Part shown: piece after piece, positions 1 through 10,302 of the stretch | How positions within the stretch are numbered: the first letter of the stretch is position 1 | Layout of the letters: each line of letters starts with the position of its first letter | Notes under the pieces: generated by a model | Database searches by the model: none | What the model saw: only the letters and a program-made list of their open reading frames with translations | What the model was told of the DNA's origin: nothing | Translations under genes and position numbers: made by a program | NCBI GenBank assembly: GCA_002269645.1 | Contig: NIVC01000135.1 | Location: 62,001 to 126,000 of the forward strand | Direction: 5' to 3' | Source: Macrostomum lignano | Lineage: Eukaryota | Length of the DNA stretch: 64,000 nt

Positions 1-1804
1 ACAAGAACCCATCAGTGATATTTTTGGGAGCATTGCAAGCCCAGACGATGCCCTTGGCTCGGCTTTTAGCTGGTACATTCAGCGCTGTCGGGTAGTTGAA
101 GTACCTGCCGAACGGACCGGAGTTGTGGCAGCAATTGTGCCAGTGAGGCTGCTGGTGAACAATCGCACAGTTGTGTATGCAGTTGTTCCATCCGCGATCT
201 CGAGTGATGAACTGCCTGTTTTTCCTTTGAATTAGACAGTCCCTAAGGCCTCCAGCAGGCACGTGGGTGTAATCAGAAAACGTGTAGTTGGTGCTCTCGG
301 CTTGAATGAGCACGTTCAGGTAGTAGGCGTAGATGTAGGCGTCGTTCCAGTACAGCAGGTCGACTCGGAACCGGTTGCTGCTGGGCTGAGCGCTGGTCCG
401 TGCGTGCAGCCACTCCAGGCCTGAAATTCGCAGGTAATGAAATTGCGCTTTGGTTCTGATCTTAACAAGTGAACCAGTTGTCGATTCAGTGGCGCATCAA
501 GCACATTAAGAAGAAGTCACATGAACACTGAGCCCATTTTTATTATTATTAGTAGAAAGCTACAAGCAGCACTTTCTGATACTATAAGACGATGTTTCAT
601 GAGCTAAACCATTAAGACTTTCATTGCTGTCAATGATTCTTATTTCTTGCTTTTATTTTGTCGATACAGAAATTTATGACATCAAGGATAGAATATACAA
701 TAAAAAGCTCCGCCTCACCAGCAAAGTAGTTGCCGTGATAAGTGCCGAAGCCGGTCTTGTACTCGGCCCAGAGCCGGTCGAAGTTCAGCGCGTCCGATAC
801 TCGCAGGTTGACGGTCTCGAAGCACTGCTGAGTGCCCACAGTGTAGAACTCCTGAGTTTGGAGTTTGATGTGCAATGTAAAGAAACGTGTCTGCAGGGAT
901 AGCCCTGATCAAGCAATGCTTTCCCAACACTCACATAGACGGCCAGCTCAGAGCTGCCCGGCGGCTGCTCGAACCAGCGGCACAGCGGGTAGTCGGTGAG
1001 CAGAGAGCAGCTGCTGGAGTTGAACACAATCCCGCGACAGGCCACCACCTCGCTGCACTTGTAAACGCAGCCAACGAGCGATGAGACAGCCGGCTGGTGC
1101 AGAAGGAATGCGGCGAAGATCTTCACCGAGTTGTTGGGAATGTGGACCCGCTTCAGAGTCACGTTCCGATCCACCAGGTACTCTGTGAGATGGATATTTG
1201 GGGTTGGATTCTATGGGAATTACGGTGAGAACAGGCTGCATCATCGCTGAAACAAGCTGGATTGCATCAACATTTTCATGCTGGAACTCATCACCTTAAA
1301 AAGGTACTAAAACTCACTGCGCTCGGGGTCAGTGCCTCTGAGCAGCTGCTGCTCAAAGTCGCCAGCCTTCCAGATCTGCACACCGTACTCAGGCCGAATC
1401 TCCCTGGCAACAAAGCTGCTGCTGCTCAAGCCTGGCTCGCTCGCATTGTTGATTACGAGCACCTGGCATTCGAGGATCGCGGCTTCCTTGACGATTGCGA
1501 CAGCACATAACGTTGCCCAGCACTTCCACAGGCAGAAAACGCTTGATTGAATGCCTGTCGCGTTTAGCAGCTCGCTGCTCACGTAGCTGCCGATGCCGAT
1601 GAAGCCGCTGCTCACCCGATGATAGAAGCCTCCGGTGACGGCGCTAGGGTCTGCGGCGGAGACCACAGCTGAAAGGGGTGTGAGTGAGCAGTGAGTGAGT
1701 AGAGTCTCTCCATCAAGGTGGCACCATTTTCATGCAGACTCACCCGTGAGCAGCTGGCACAGAAGCAGCTGCAGCGGCTCGGACCGCTTGGCTGTCAGCT
1801 TCAT
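1..1804 (-). CDS. Secreted protein: signal peptide + 2 PAN/apple-like modules + fibrinogen-related (FReD) domain; 3' end lies outside the window
   Basis: Exons 1804-1744, 1668-1318, 1182-935, 851-719 and 420-<1 are joined by GT-AG introns with matching phases (1,1,0,1). Signal peptide MKLTAKRSEPLQLLLCQLLTA. PAN-like Cys motifs: FCLWKCWATLC and GCVYKCSEVVACRGIVFNSSSCSLL. FReD motifs: NFDRLWAEYKTGFG..GNYFAGLEWLH, QFITRDRG..NCA..W.N.CH.SGPFGRY, KGIVW. I found no stop in the last exon. Confidence 0.85.
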
Positions 1805-2224
1805 CGCAGGCAGCTGAGTTGCTGGGCAGATTTTACAGTCAGCGATCGGCTCTGCTGATGCGAGATGATCCGCGATGGAGCTCAGCTCCTGATGGGGCTC
1901 CTGAAATATGGGATTCTGCCGCCCCCAGAGCTGATAAATACAAGCTGGTTGCCAAGCGCCTGACAAACCGCACTTTCTCCACTGTACTCGGCGGCCCCGC
2001 AGTGCCCAGTTATGGTGCAGCGGCTCGGTAGCCATTGGTTCCTTGATTGGGGGCGGTGATGGCTGGCTGGCTTTGGGCAGTCGAGTCTTCTCTTTAACAA
2101 TTGGCGCCTATGTATTTTTTGTCTTTCTTTCTCCTCTGTTCCTTCCCAGTTCAGAATCAGATTCAGATAATTCAGCAGTTCCCCCAAATGCCAATCAATT
2201 TTAGCTATACCCTCATGAGTTTTG

Positions 2225-2397
2225 TGGTCCGACCGGGTGTAGCTTGGTTGGGTGTTAAACCAGTGGGGCGTGGCTCTTGTGCGTTGGTGCGGGGGTGGTG
2301 GGCCGGGCCTTGGTCACGTGCCCGCGGCCTGGGTGGCGTTTATTTAATACGGTGCGGGCTGTCGCTGACCCGCCAAGCGCGTATTGATTTTTTTCTC
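2225..2397 (+). repeat. Split direct repeat A1
   Basis: Matches 6314-6488 except for 1 substitution and 2 homopolymer length differences. Contains a TATA-like TATTTAATA. Confidence 0.93.
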
Positions 2398-2407
2398 AAT
2401 TTTTGCA

Positions 2408-3526
2408 ATGGCTGACCGCGACAAACTTATGCACCTGAGCAAGGTGGCTTTGCAAGCCTTGTGTGCCCACGCTAACATAAGCAGTCGGGGCAACAAGGCC
2501 GACCTTGTCAGCGCCCTGCTCGCAGCCCCAGACCAGTCGTGGACAGATTCGCTGTTGCAGAACATGGAGCAATCTGAGCAAGAAGCCGAAGCAGACGACA
2601 ACATCAGTACGGAGGCGGCTCGGGAGTCGGCGGCGGGCCTGGACGAGGACATCGCGAAGGCGGAGAAGGAGATCAGACTGTTGCAGCTACGCAAGGAAGC
2701 CGCTCAACTCAAGAGGGAGATCGGAGATCTGCAGCGCGAGTGTCCATCCACGCGTCCTATGAATCGCGGTGAGTGTGCCAAGCCTGCTGGCCCCAGTTAC
2801 TTTCCTGATGGGTGTGGTGATGCTGAATTAGACCAAGCAGATAATGGCAATGAGCTGCTTGACAGATTGTTGTCACAGAACAGGGCCAATGAACGGATGG
2901 AGTGTTCTGGTAGACGTAAGGCTCTCCTGGTTCGTGATTTCCTCGACGGCTTTGAGCAGGAAGAGGTGCTGGCTAATGGTTCTGGTGGCCGAATCACTTA
3001 CAAGAGCAGAAAACCTAATCCAGATAGCATCACGGCAGCGCAGTATTTGGTAGGCAATTGCAGGCTGATGATGCAGATGATCAAGGATGGTGCCCTGGTG
3101 ACTAGTAGAAATGGAACTGCCGACATGACTGATTTGATGAATTACTTACGCTACTCAATACAGATTGGCGAGCTGTTTGACGCGGGCTTCGGCCTTGCGC
3201 AGGTGAATCGTTTTGACGAGGACTACCGCACTAGGCAAGCTGAAACTGGCAAGCGATGGGGCAAGGAGTCTTTCCAACTCGTTGCTAAGCACTTAATCAG
3301 AACTGGAACTCCAGCAAACCATGGAGTCAGCAAGTCATTGCCCCAGCCACGGCAGCAGCGTTTTCAAAAACCAATAGACCCCAAGAGCCTCAGAACGCCA
3401 GACGGGGAAGAGATCTGCTTGCACTTTAATCGCCGGGGGTGCTTCCGGTCGAGCTGCAAATTCCGGCACGTCTGCCGCATCTGTTTCGAGGCCCACCCTG
3501 AGGCCAACCATTCGACAAAAAACTGA
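2408..3526 (+). CDS. Ngaro ORF1 (Gag-like): SAP-like N-terminus, coiled coil, C-terminal Cys/His zinc-finger region
   Basis: ATG at 2408. SAP-like segment LMHLSKVALQALCAHANISSRGNKADLVSALL; coiled coil LDEDIAKAEKEIRLLQLRKEAAQLKREI; Cys/His motif CLHFNRRGCFRSSCKFRHVCRICFEAH. Confidence 0.85.
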   Translation: MADRDKLMHLSKVALQALCAHANISSRGNKADLVSALLAAPDQSWTDSLLQNMEQSEQEAEADDNISTEAARESAAGLDEDIAKAEKEIRLLQLRKEAAQLKREIGDLQRECPSTRPMNRGECAKPAGPSYFPDGCGDAELDQADNGNELLDRLLSQNRANERMECSGRRKALLVRDFLDGFEQEEVLANGSGGRITYKSRKPNPDSITAAQYLVGNCRLMMQMIKDGALVTSRNGTADMTDLMNYLRYSIQIGELFDAGFGLAQVNRFDEDYRTRQAETGKRWGKESFQLVAKHLIRTGTPANHGVSKSLPQPRQQRFQKPIDPKSLRTPDGEEICLHFNRRGCFRSSCKFRHVCRICFEAHPEANHSTKN

Positions 3527-3534
3527 AGTCTGCG

Positions 3535-5142
3535 ATGCTCTGTTTTAATCCTAAAATTTTGCCTAATGCTCAGCCTGCTTTAAATTTTAACAATCCTGTC
3601 GTTGGCAGTGCAGGGGGTCGCCTGCGTTTTTGTTCGTGGGATTCTGAGCTTGAGAATGACCCTGATCGGAATTTTATCCTAGACGGCATCGCAAATGGTT
3701 TTCGCATTACTGATGGCAAAGGGCTTTGTGAGACTTTTAATGCCAATTACATGTCTACTTCTACTTTTCATCGCGCTGTTGAGCTGCAAATTAAGGAAGA
3801 GATTGAGAATGGCAGGTATTTGATTGTGCCTAAGAAGCCTACGATGGACAGCCCTCTGGGAGCAATTCCCAAGGATAACGGGAAGGTTCGACTTATTCAT
3901 GACTGCAGCACGCCTCCGGGCTACTCGGTAAATGACAACTATACGAAGAAGCTGAGCCCCAGGTTCGAGTCCGTCAAGAAGGTTGCAGCCTCTATCGGCA
4001 AGGGCTGGTTCATGGCAAAGCTTGACTTGTCGCAAGCTTACAGAAGCGTGGCGATCCATCCGGATGATTACCAGGCGACCGGCATTGGTTGGCGTTTTAA
4101 AGGCAACCGTGATCTGACATGGCTTGTCGACACCCGGCTACCCTTTGGTAGCTGCGCCTCGGTCGAGATTTTCTACCGGCTTACTCAAGCGGTCAAGAGG
4201 ATGATGGTGCGACGCGGCGTGGCCAATATTTCGGTTTACCTGGATGATTTTCTGGTTGCAGCCGAGAGCGAGAAAGAGTGTATGGATGCTCTGAAAGAGC
4301 TGATTAAGCTGGTTCGCCAGTTAGGTTTTGGTGTCAATTGGAACAAAGTGGTTGAACCTACGCAATGCTTGGTGTATCTCGGTGTGAAGATTGATACTGT
4401 CCGTGGAGTTCTTAGTGTGCCGGCGGAAAAGTGTGAGGAAATGCGCACCACACTGCTTAACTTTTCGCAGCGCAGGCGTCTCTCGAAACGACAGCTTTCG
4501 TCGCTTTGTGGCAAGCTCAGCTGGGTCGTCCAGGTGGTGCACGCTGGGAGTTGCTTCCTAAGACCCCTGTTCGACCTGCTTAATGCCCTGGAAAAGCCAC
4601 ATCACAAAGTGCGTGTGTCCGCTGACACTGTGCGTATTTTACTCTGGTGGCGAGGTGCCCTTCTGAAGCTGCCTGATTTTCAGCTTTGGAGAAGTTGCAC
4701 AAACGGCTGGATCATCGAAACCGATGCGAGCAGTGCTGGTGGCGGAGCCATTTTGCGCAATGGTAGCGGTATGGTGGATTGGCTGTACGTCAATTGGCAT
4801 CTGGATGCTGGAGGAAAGTTTAAAGACAAGCATATCACGTACAAAGAAGCTATTGTTCCGCTGCTGGCTATGGTTCGCTGGGGTGCCTTTTTAAATGACA
4901 GTTCGGTCGTGGTCTACTCCGACTCTAGTGCGGCTGTTGGCATGATTAACAAAGGTTGCTGTCGGCAGCCTGAGTTGCAGCCGCTGTTCCAGACTGCCAT
5001 GCTCATTGCTGTTAGGCGTGGGGTTGAGGTGCGCGCTTTTCATGTGCCTGGCTGGTACCATGTCTTTGCGGACCCGTGCTCTAGGCTGCACGCCGTGGAC
5101 AAAATGCGCGATTTTTTTATTTCGGGTGTATGGCTCTGTTGA
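3535..5142 (+). CDS. Ngaro ORF2: reverse transcriptase + RNase H
   Basis: RT motifs PLGAIPK..GKVRLIHD, KLDLSQAYR, LPFG and YLDDFL. RNase H motifs ETDAS, HITYKE, YSDS and HVPG...ADPCSR. Confidence 0.93.
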   Translation: MLCFNPKILPNAQPALNFNNPVVGSAGGRLRFCSWDSELENDPDRNFILDGIANGFRITDGKGLCETFNANYMSTSTFHRAVELQIKEEIENGRYLIVPKKPTMDSPLGAIPKDNGKVRLIHDCSTPPGYSVNDNYTKKLSPRFESVKKVAASIGKGWFMAKLDLSQAYRSVAIHPDDYQATGIGWRFKGNRDLTWLVDTRLPFGSCASVEIFYRLTQAVKRMMVRRGVANISVYLDDFLVAAESEKECMDALKELIKLVRQLGFGVNWNKVVEPTQCLVYLGVKIDTVRGVLSVPAEKCEEMRTTLLNFSQRRRLSKRQLSSLCGKLSWVVQVVHAGSCFLRPLFDLLNALEKPHHKVRVSADTVRILLWWRGALLKLPDFQLWRSCTNGWIIETDASSAGGGAILRNGSGMVDWLYVNWHLDAGGKFKDKHITYKEAIVPLLAMVRWGAFLNDSSVVVYSDSSAAVGMINKGCCRQPELQPLFQTAMLIAVRRGVEVRAFHVPGWYHVFADPCSRLHAVDKMRDFFISGVWLC

Positions 5143-5209
5143 CTGCTGTTTTAACGAGATCGCTAGCCATGCTTTCTGCCCTGCTGCCTCCGTTTTTCTC
5201 ATTTTACAG

Positions 5210-6210
5210 GCCCTCCGCGCCAGACTCCCGACCGCCTCAGCAAGCGTTGCGCGTTTATCCTGGGCAATGCCTACGCGCCCCGCACGAAGCGGAGTTACCG
5301 GTCGCAGCTCGCGTCTTGGCTGCGATTTTGCAATTCCCGGCACCTGACGCCGCTGCGGGCAGAGCCTGTGCACGTGGCTGAATACCTGGCTGAGCTGTCC
5401 ACCCGGCTGTCAGCCTTTCGGAGTTGCCAAGCGTATGCTAACGCGGTCTCGCTGTACTTCAGAGCTCTCGGCCGGCCGGACCCGTGCGAGTCGCCGATGG
5501 TTAAGCTGGTGCTTCGTGGTCTTCGCCGGTGTCTCAGTCGGCAGCAGCGCTCAAGGGAGCCATTCAGAGTCGCGGATCTCCTCAAGCTACACGCCCACCT
5601 GGACCAACGTCTGAAGAGTGACATCGCGTTCTGGGCAGCAGTTCTGGCAGCCTGGTGGGGTATGCTGCGAAAAGCGAATGTGACGACGCAATCGGGGCAG
5701 CTCGATCTGTGGTGCGACCTGGCAGCATCGAGCATCGTCTTTTCAGAGTACGACTGTGAGCTCACTGTGCGGCATTCGAAGACCAACCAGTTTGGCGATC
5801 GAGTTCAGCGAGTGTTTCTTCCGAAACTGCCTGATGGAAGCTTGGGTGTCCTGTGCCCGTTCCGTGCGCTAGAGCGGCAGCTACGGACAAACCGAATCGG
5901 CCAGGCGCCGCGTCCGGTTCACCTGTTCTCCACGTGGTCGTCCGCGGGATGGTTGCCTCTGACGGCTAGCAGGTTTGATAGCCGGCTTCGTTCGCTCTGC
6001 ACATCGGCGGGTTTGTCGCTACGCGAGTTCACTGGCCACGGGCTGCGGCGGGGCGGCGCTACGGCAGCCATGCAGCTCGGTGTTCCACTGCCGATGATCA
6101 AGAAGCTGGGCGACTGGAAGGGCAACTCAGTGTTTCGCTATCTATCTGTTCGGGACTCGGATGCCAGGGCGGCTGTGCATGGCTTGGCTCGTCGGGTTGG
6201 CGCGCTCTAA
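5210..6210 (+). CDS. Ngaro ORF3: tyrosine recombinase (no in-frame ATG; probably reached by splicing)
   Basis: The frame is open from 5167 to the stop at 6210. Motifs: YAPRTKRSYRSQLASWLRFC, WGMLRKAN, RHSKTNQFG, TGHGLRRGGAT, LGDWKGNSVFRY. A pyrimidine tract + CAG ends at 5209. Confidence 0.9.
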
Positions 6211-6252
6211 CTCTCTCTCTCTCTCTCTATGTCGAACTTTCTGGTTTGGGTT

Positions 6253-6313
6253 GGGCCAGGCTCGAACCTGCGCCTCTCGTGCCAACTGCCTTGACTTCGT
6301 CTCACTAGTTTAA
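6253..6313 (+). repeat. Split direct repeat B1
   Basis: 61 bp, one mismatch to 6572-6632, directly abutting A2. Confidence 0.92.
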
Positions 6314-6488
6314 TGGTCCGACCGGGCGTAGCTTGGTTGGGTGTTAAACCAGTGGGGCGTGGCTCTTGTGCGTTGGTGCGGGGGGTGGTGGGCCGGGCCT
6401 TGGTCACGTGCCCGCGGCCTGGGTGGCGTTTATTTAATACGGTGCGGGCTGTCGCTGACCCGCCAAGCGCGTATTGATTTTTTTTCTC
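6314..6488 (+). repeat. Split direct repeat A2
   Basis: Near-identical to 2225-2397. Confidence 0.93.
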
Positions 6489-6571
6489 GCTTTTAGGTCT
6501 CCAAGGTTTTTATTTGGCTTTTAAGTCCGGTAAATTAAAGTTAATAAATACGCTCGAATACTCGTACAATA

Positions 6572-6632
6572 GGGCCAGGCTCGAACCTGCGCCTCTCGTG
6601 CCAACTGCCTTGACTTCGTCTCACTGGTTTAA
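6572..6632 (+). repeat. Split direct repeat B2 (3' end of the element)
   Basis: GGGCCAGGCTCGAACCTGCGCC...CACTGGTTTAA, matching B1. Confidence 0.92.
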
Positions 6633-8299
6633 ACATCTCACGAAAAGCTTCCATGTCATATGATCCTAGCAATTCTTACTCACCAACTCTGTGTGAAATC
6701 AGGAAAATTTTTGAGTTAACGGTGCAAGTTTAATGAAAGTCAGTTGAGCGTTTTTTCTAAAACCAACCGAATACCTAGAGACCTAGGACGTAGATACCGA
6801 GACAAATTATGTTTAGTATAGTGGACTAGCAATCTGCGCCACCTGCGGGGCATCATAGAAAGGAATAAAATGTATTAATAACTAAATAATACACTTAAAA
6901 CATTCGACCGTGTACACTTGCTACTGTTATAGTAGCTTAGAAAAAATTATGTTTGAGCAATATGCATATCACTCCTCTGTGATATTTGGCACCAAAACCT
7001 CCCTTTAAGTTTTTAACCTAGCTATAAACTCTCCTTTGATGCTTGGCCTACCAACAACTTCCAAGTGACATCGGTTGATCCTTGGCATCCTAGCAACCCC
7101 AATATGAGCCACAGAAATTTAGCGATCCCCTCAGTTGTTCCCTCAGACATCTCAGCCATCCCCCTCATGATCCACAGAATTTAACGGAGAACGGAGAACT
7201 AAGGTAGACATCGACCTAGTCAGAAAACAGGAATATAAAAAATGTCAGCTCTTTTGGCTTACGAGTGAAAAATTACTAATTGGCCAAATATTGCTGACGA
7301 TTTTGCAGACTAACTTCAATTTCATTATAAGCCCAAGGGATCCTCCAATCTTAGATCTGGATTCAGTGTTAAATATCAGATTTTGCAGTTGCCAAGATAA
7401 ATGTTTGCATGCAGCACATGCAAACCAGATACCAGATGCAAACGTTCACAAGTAAAATAGCTACTGCATGTTGATTTCTTATTCCAATTTCACAACCGGA
7501 TCTGAATTTCGTTCAAATAATGAAGCCTATAACCCAAGTTTGCGAGGTTCGTTGCCCGAGTATAGGGGAACGCGAATCTAAGCGGAATTTGCATAAACGT
7601 CTCTACATTTCCGGATAAAGCTGCCTGGGTGCCAACTGCAGTGGCCAGATCAGGTTGCAAAAAGTAAATTTAGAATGCGGAACTTTACAAACGCTAGCAT
7701 GGATTGTGGAGAATAGAAAAGTTATGGATACACTTTTTTCTAGGAAGTAAATTTTCTTGTCAAACTTTGAAAAAACTGTGCGAAGTTCGCATATACTTAC
7801 ATGTACATGCATGCATGAGCAGTAGTGATATTTTATTTCACAAAAGTGAAGCTTTGAAGGAAACGTTTAAATATTTTTGAATGCAGAAAAGGCGAAAAGG
7901 GGAAAGCATAGCTGCTTTGCTATGGAAGAAGGTCGTTTTCATCTCTAATGTTTAAAATATCTTGTCATTTAGTGCGAGTAAATCGCTTTGTACTTGTGAA
8001 GTTCTCTGCTAACCATATTTTATTACCACGGCGCACTTTAAGCGACATTGTCACACAACCGGCGAGAGGCATTGTACTGCCCATTCCGCAGACTCGCAGA
8101 GCGCGCGGATACGTACGCAGTCACACACCATAGGCACACACTCGCACAGGAGTGTACAGTGGCCCTAACTTTATTTATCGTTAGGCATGTACACTTCACT
8201 GCGCCTTGTTAGGAGGTTGGCGGTTGGCTCAAGCAGATCGAGTTTCTAATTAATTTAGGCCCCAAATTAATGTGACTGCACTTGAAATCGAGACTGGGC

Positions 8300-8510
8300 T
8301 ACCAAGATCACGTGTTCCCGGTTCAGCTGGCCCGCCAAGTGCGTATCGATTTTTTTAGCTTTTTAGTCTCCACGTTTTTATATTCAGGTTTTTTTGAGTC
8401 AAATAAAATAAAGTAAATAAATATACGCTCGAATACTCGCACAATGCGTCCAAGCTCCAACCTGCGCCTCTCGTGCCAACTGCCTTCTTGACTTCGTCTC
8501 ACTGGTTTAA
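8300..8510 (+). mobile_element. Degenerate 3' terminus (A2 tail-spacer-B2) of a related Ngaro element
   Basis: Carries CCCGCCAAGTGCGTATCGATTTTTTT, ACGCTCGAATACTCG and CCTGCGCCTCTCGTGCCAACTGCCTT..GACTTCGTCTCACTGGTTTAA, in the same order as 6460-6632. Confidence 0.8.
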
Positions 8511-9475
8511 ATTTTTCGCCACCAGAAAAATGAAAGAGAAAACGGTTTGTACATTCGGCGCGGCATATCAGGGGCAGTTTGAGTAAATATGGCTCATGAA
8601 GTCAAGGCTTATAGATTGGAGTGCACGCAGGTACACAGAATGAGTTGGAAGTTTAGACTTGCTTTTCGTTTCTTGGTGTACACTGATTTAAATATGTTTA
8701 GTCTGGAATCCGTTTGGCAACAAATCAACGATTTTAAAATGCTCGGTCAACAAAGAAAGGTTCTTCACACTGTCAAAACAACTGTTGCAGCAGAGGAGGT
8801 GTTCTTGGGTAGCTGCTATTTTCAGCCAATGTTCTCTCCCTCTAGTGGATATTTTTAGGTTATTTTATTGCATGAAATCTTCTGATCTACCGAACAAGAA
8901 AATCGTAGAAGGATAAAAGCGTTTGAAAGAATAACTATGCAAAGTTATGTTAATTTTCGCTTTTAAGTTCAAGCTTTTTTAAAATTTGCGACGGGTCCGG
9001 ATGCAGCAGAAGCGTGCAGTGTAAATGAAACTTGCTGCTATTTGGGAGTTTGGGAGGAAAGCAAAAAGCAGTATAAAGTAAATGACACATTAAATTTCTC
9101 TGGTTGACTTACAGTTTTTTTTAAAAGATTATCCAAAACTTTCCCAATCTTTCCAAATCAACCGCAATTAAGGGCAAAAAAACGGAAACTGAATGAATGA
9201 AGAGTGTTCGCAAAGGCTATCAGGAAAAGTACACTGAAACGCTGCGATTTGAAATAGATAGAAGGCATCGAATTTTGGAATGAAAAAAGCTGAGGCAAAA
9301 ATATAGTTTCAGAGAGTCGATTTCAGACGCAAACTTCTCGAGCTTAAATTACTTTACGTAGGCTTAGGTATGCATGCCAATTGGCTAAAATTGCACGTCT
9401 TGATCTAACACTAAATTACAGCTTTGACAGTTCATCTGCTCTGCTCAGCTGCATCAGCGTTTGCTTCATTCGCAC

Positions 9476-10302
9476 TCAGCCACGGACAAAGAAGTCGCCA
9501 CTACTGGCGCTGCCGAAGGCGGCCGGGACCGCAGCGAACCCCAGCAGGTGGCACAGGCGCTGCTGCTGGCTGAAGATCACCGCCTGGCAACCGGAACCTT
9601 TACTGGAGCACAGATACGCGCGATGGACCTGACTTGAAGCGCTGACAGCCGTAAAGTTTGGCACATCAGGGATGTTGGGTTCGACGAAGGTCCGGTTGCC
9701 GCTGATGAAGTTGTTACCTTCGATTCAGAATGAATGATTGACGTTAAACGGCTTGCCTCTATATGGCTTTTGAGCTACTACTTAAAAGTTAGTTTGGCAG
9801 CAAAAATACAATGTAGAAACATATGAAGAACAAGTGTTGAGCAAGTGGCCACCAGCAGCAGCAACTCACCGTTGGTGTAGCTCAGCTGGAGCACCCGGTT
9901 TCGCTAGTCGCCTCTGCAGTTCTGGCCCGAATTTCCACTGCAGGCCAGATTGCACTCCGAGTCAGGAGCAGCGCCCAGCGACCCGTAGGAGTTGCCACAG
10001 AAGCACCAGTATATGGCCTGCAGAGCCGCGAACTCGAAGCCGCCCAGAGCGCAGACGCTGCTGCACAGCTCGTGAGTCATCTGGCTGCTGCCGACAAAAG
10101 CGGTACCGGATTCGTATTTCGGAGATACTTCGGAGCTGCCGATCCGTATGAGGCCAATGTGCTTCATGTCACCGACGTCTCTCATGTGATTCGAGTATTC
10201 AACGAAGCAGCCGAGGTCCGAAATCTGGAACTGGCGGCAGAGAGAGTCGCAGATGAGGCAGCTCAGGATCGGAGCAGCGCAGAGGATCCTGCAGAGAGGC
10301 AT
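9476..10302 (-). pseudogene. Secreted WSC + PAN/apple-domain gene with a premature stop
   Basis: Signal-like start MPLCRILCAAPILSCLIC. WSC motif LGCF..MTHELCSSVC..FAALQAIYWCFCGN..ECNLACSGNSGQNC. In-frame TAG at 9906-9904. Intron 9869-9718 (GTGAGT..AAG, phase 1). Exon 2 is PAN-like: YLCSSKGSGCQAVIFSQQQRLCHLL. Confidence 0.75.

Larger units (their letters stand above)
2225..6632 (+). mobile_element. Ngaro/DIRS-group tyrosine-recombinase retrotransposon, apparently full length
   Basis: Gag-like, RT/RNaseH and YR ORFs lie inside split direct repeats in the order A1-ORFs-B1-A2-spacer-B2, the established Ngaro/PAT arrangement. There are no LTRs and no TSD. Confidence 0.92.

Noticed and set aside
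5167-6210. Prophage or bacterial integrase
   Set aside because: It is linked to RT/RNaseH and split direct repeats, so it is the YR of a retrotransposon.
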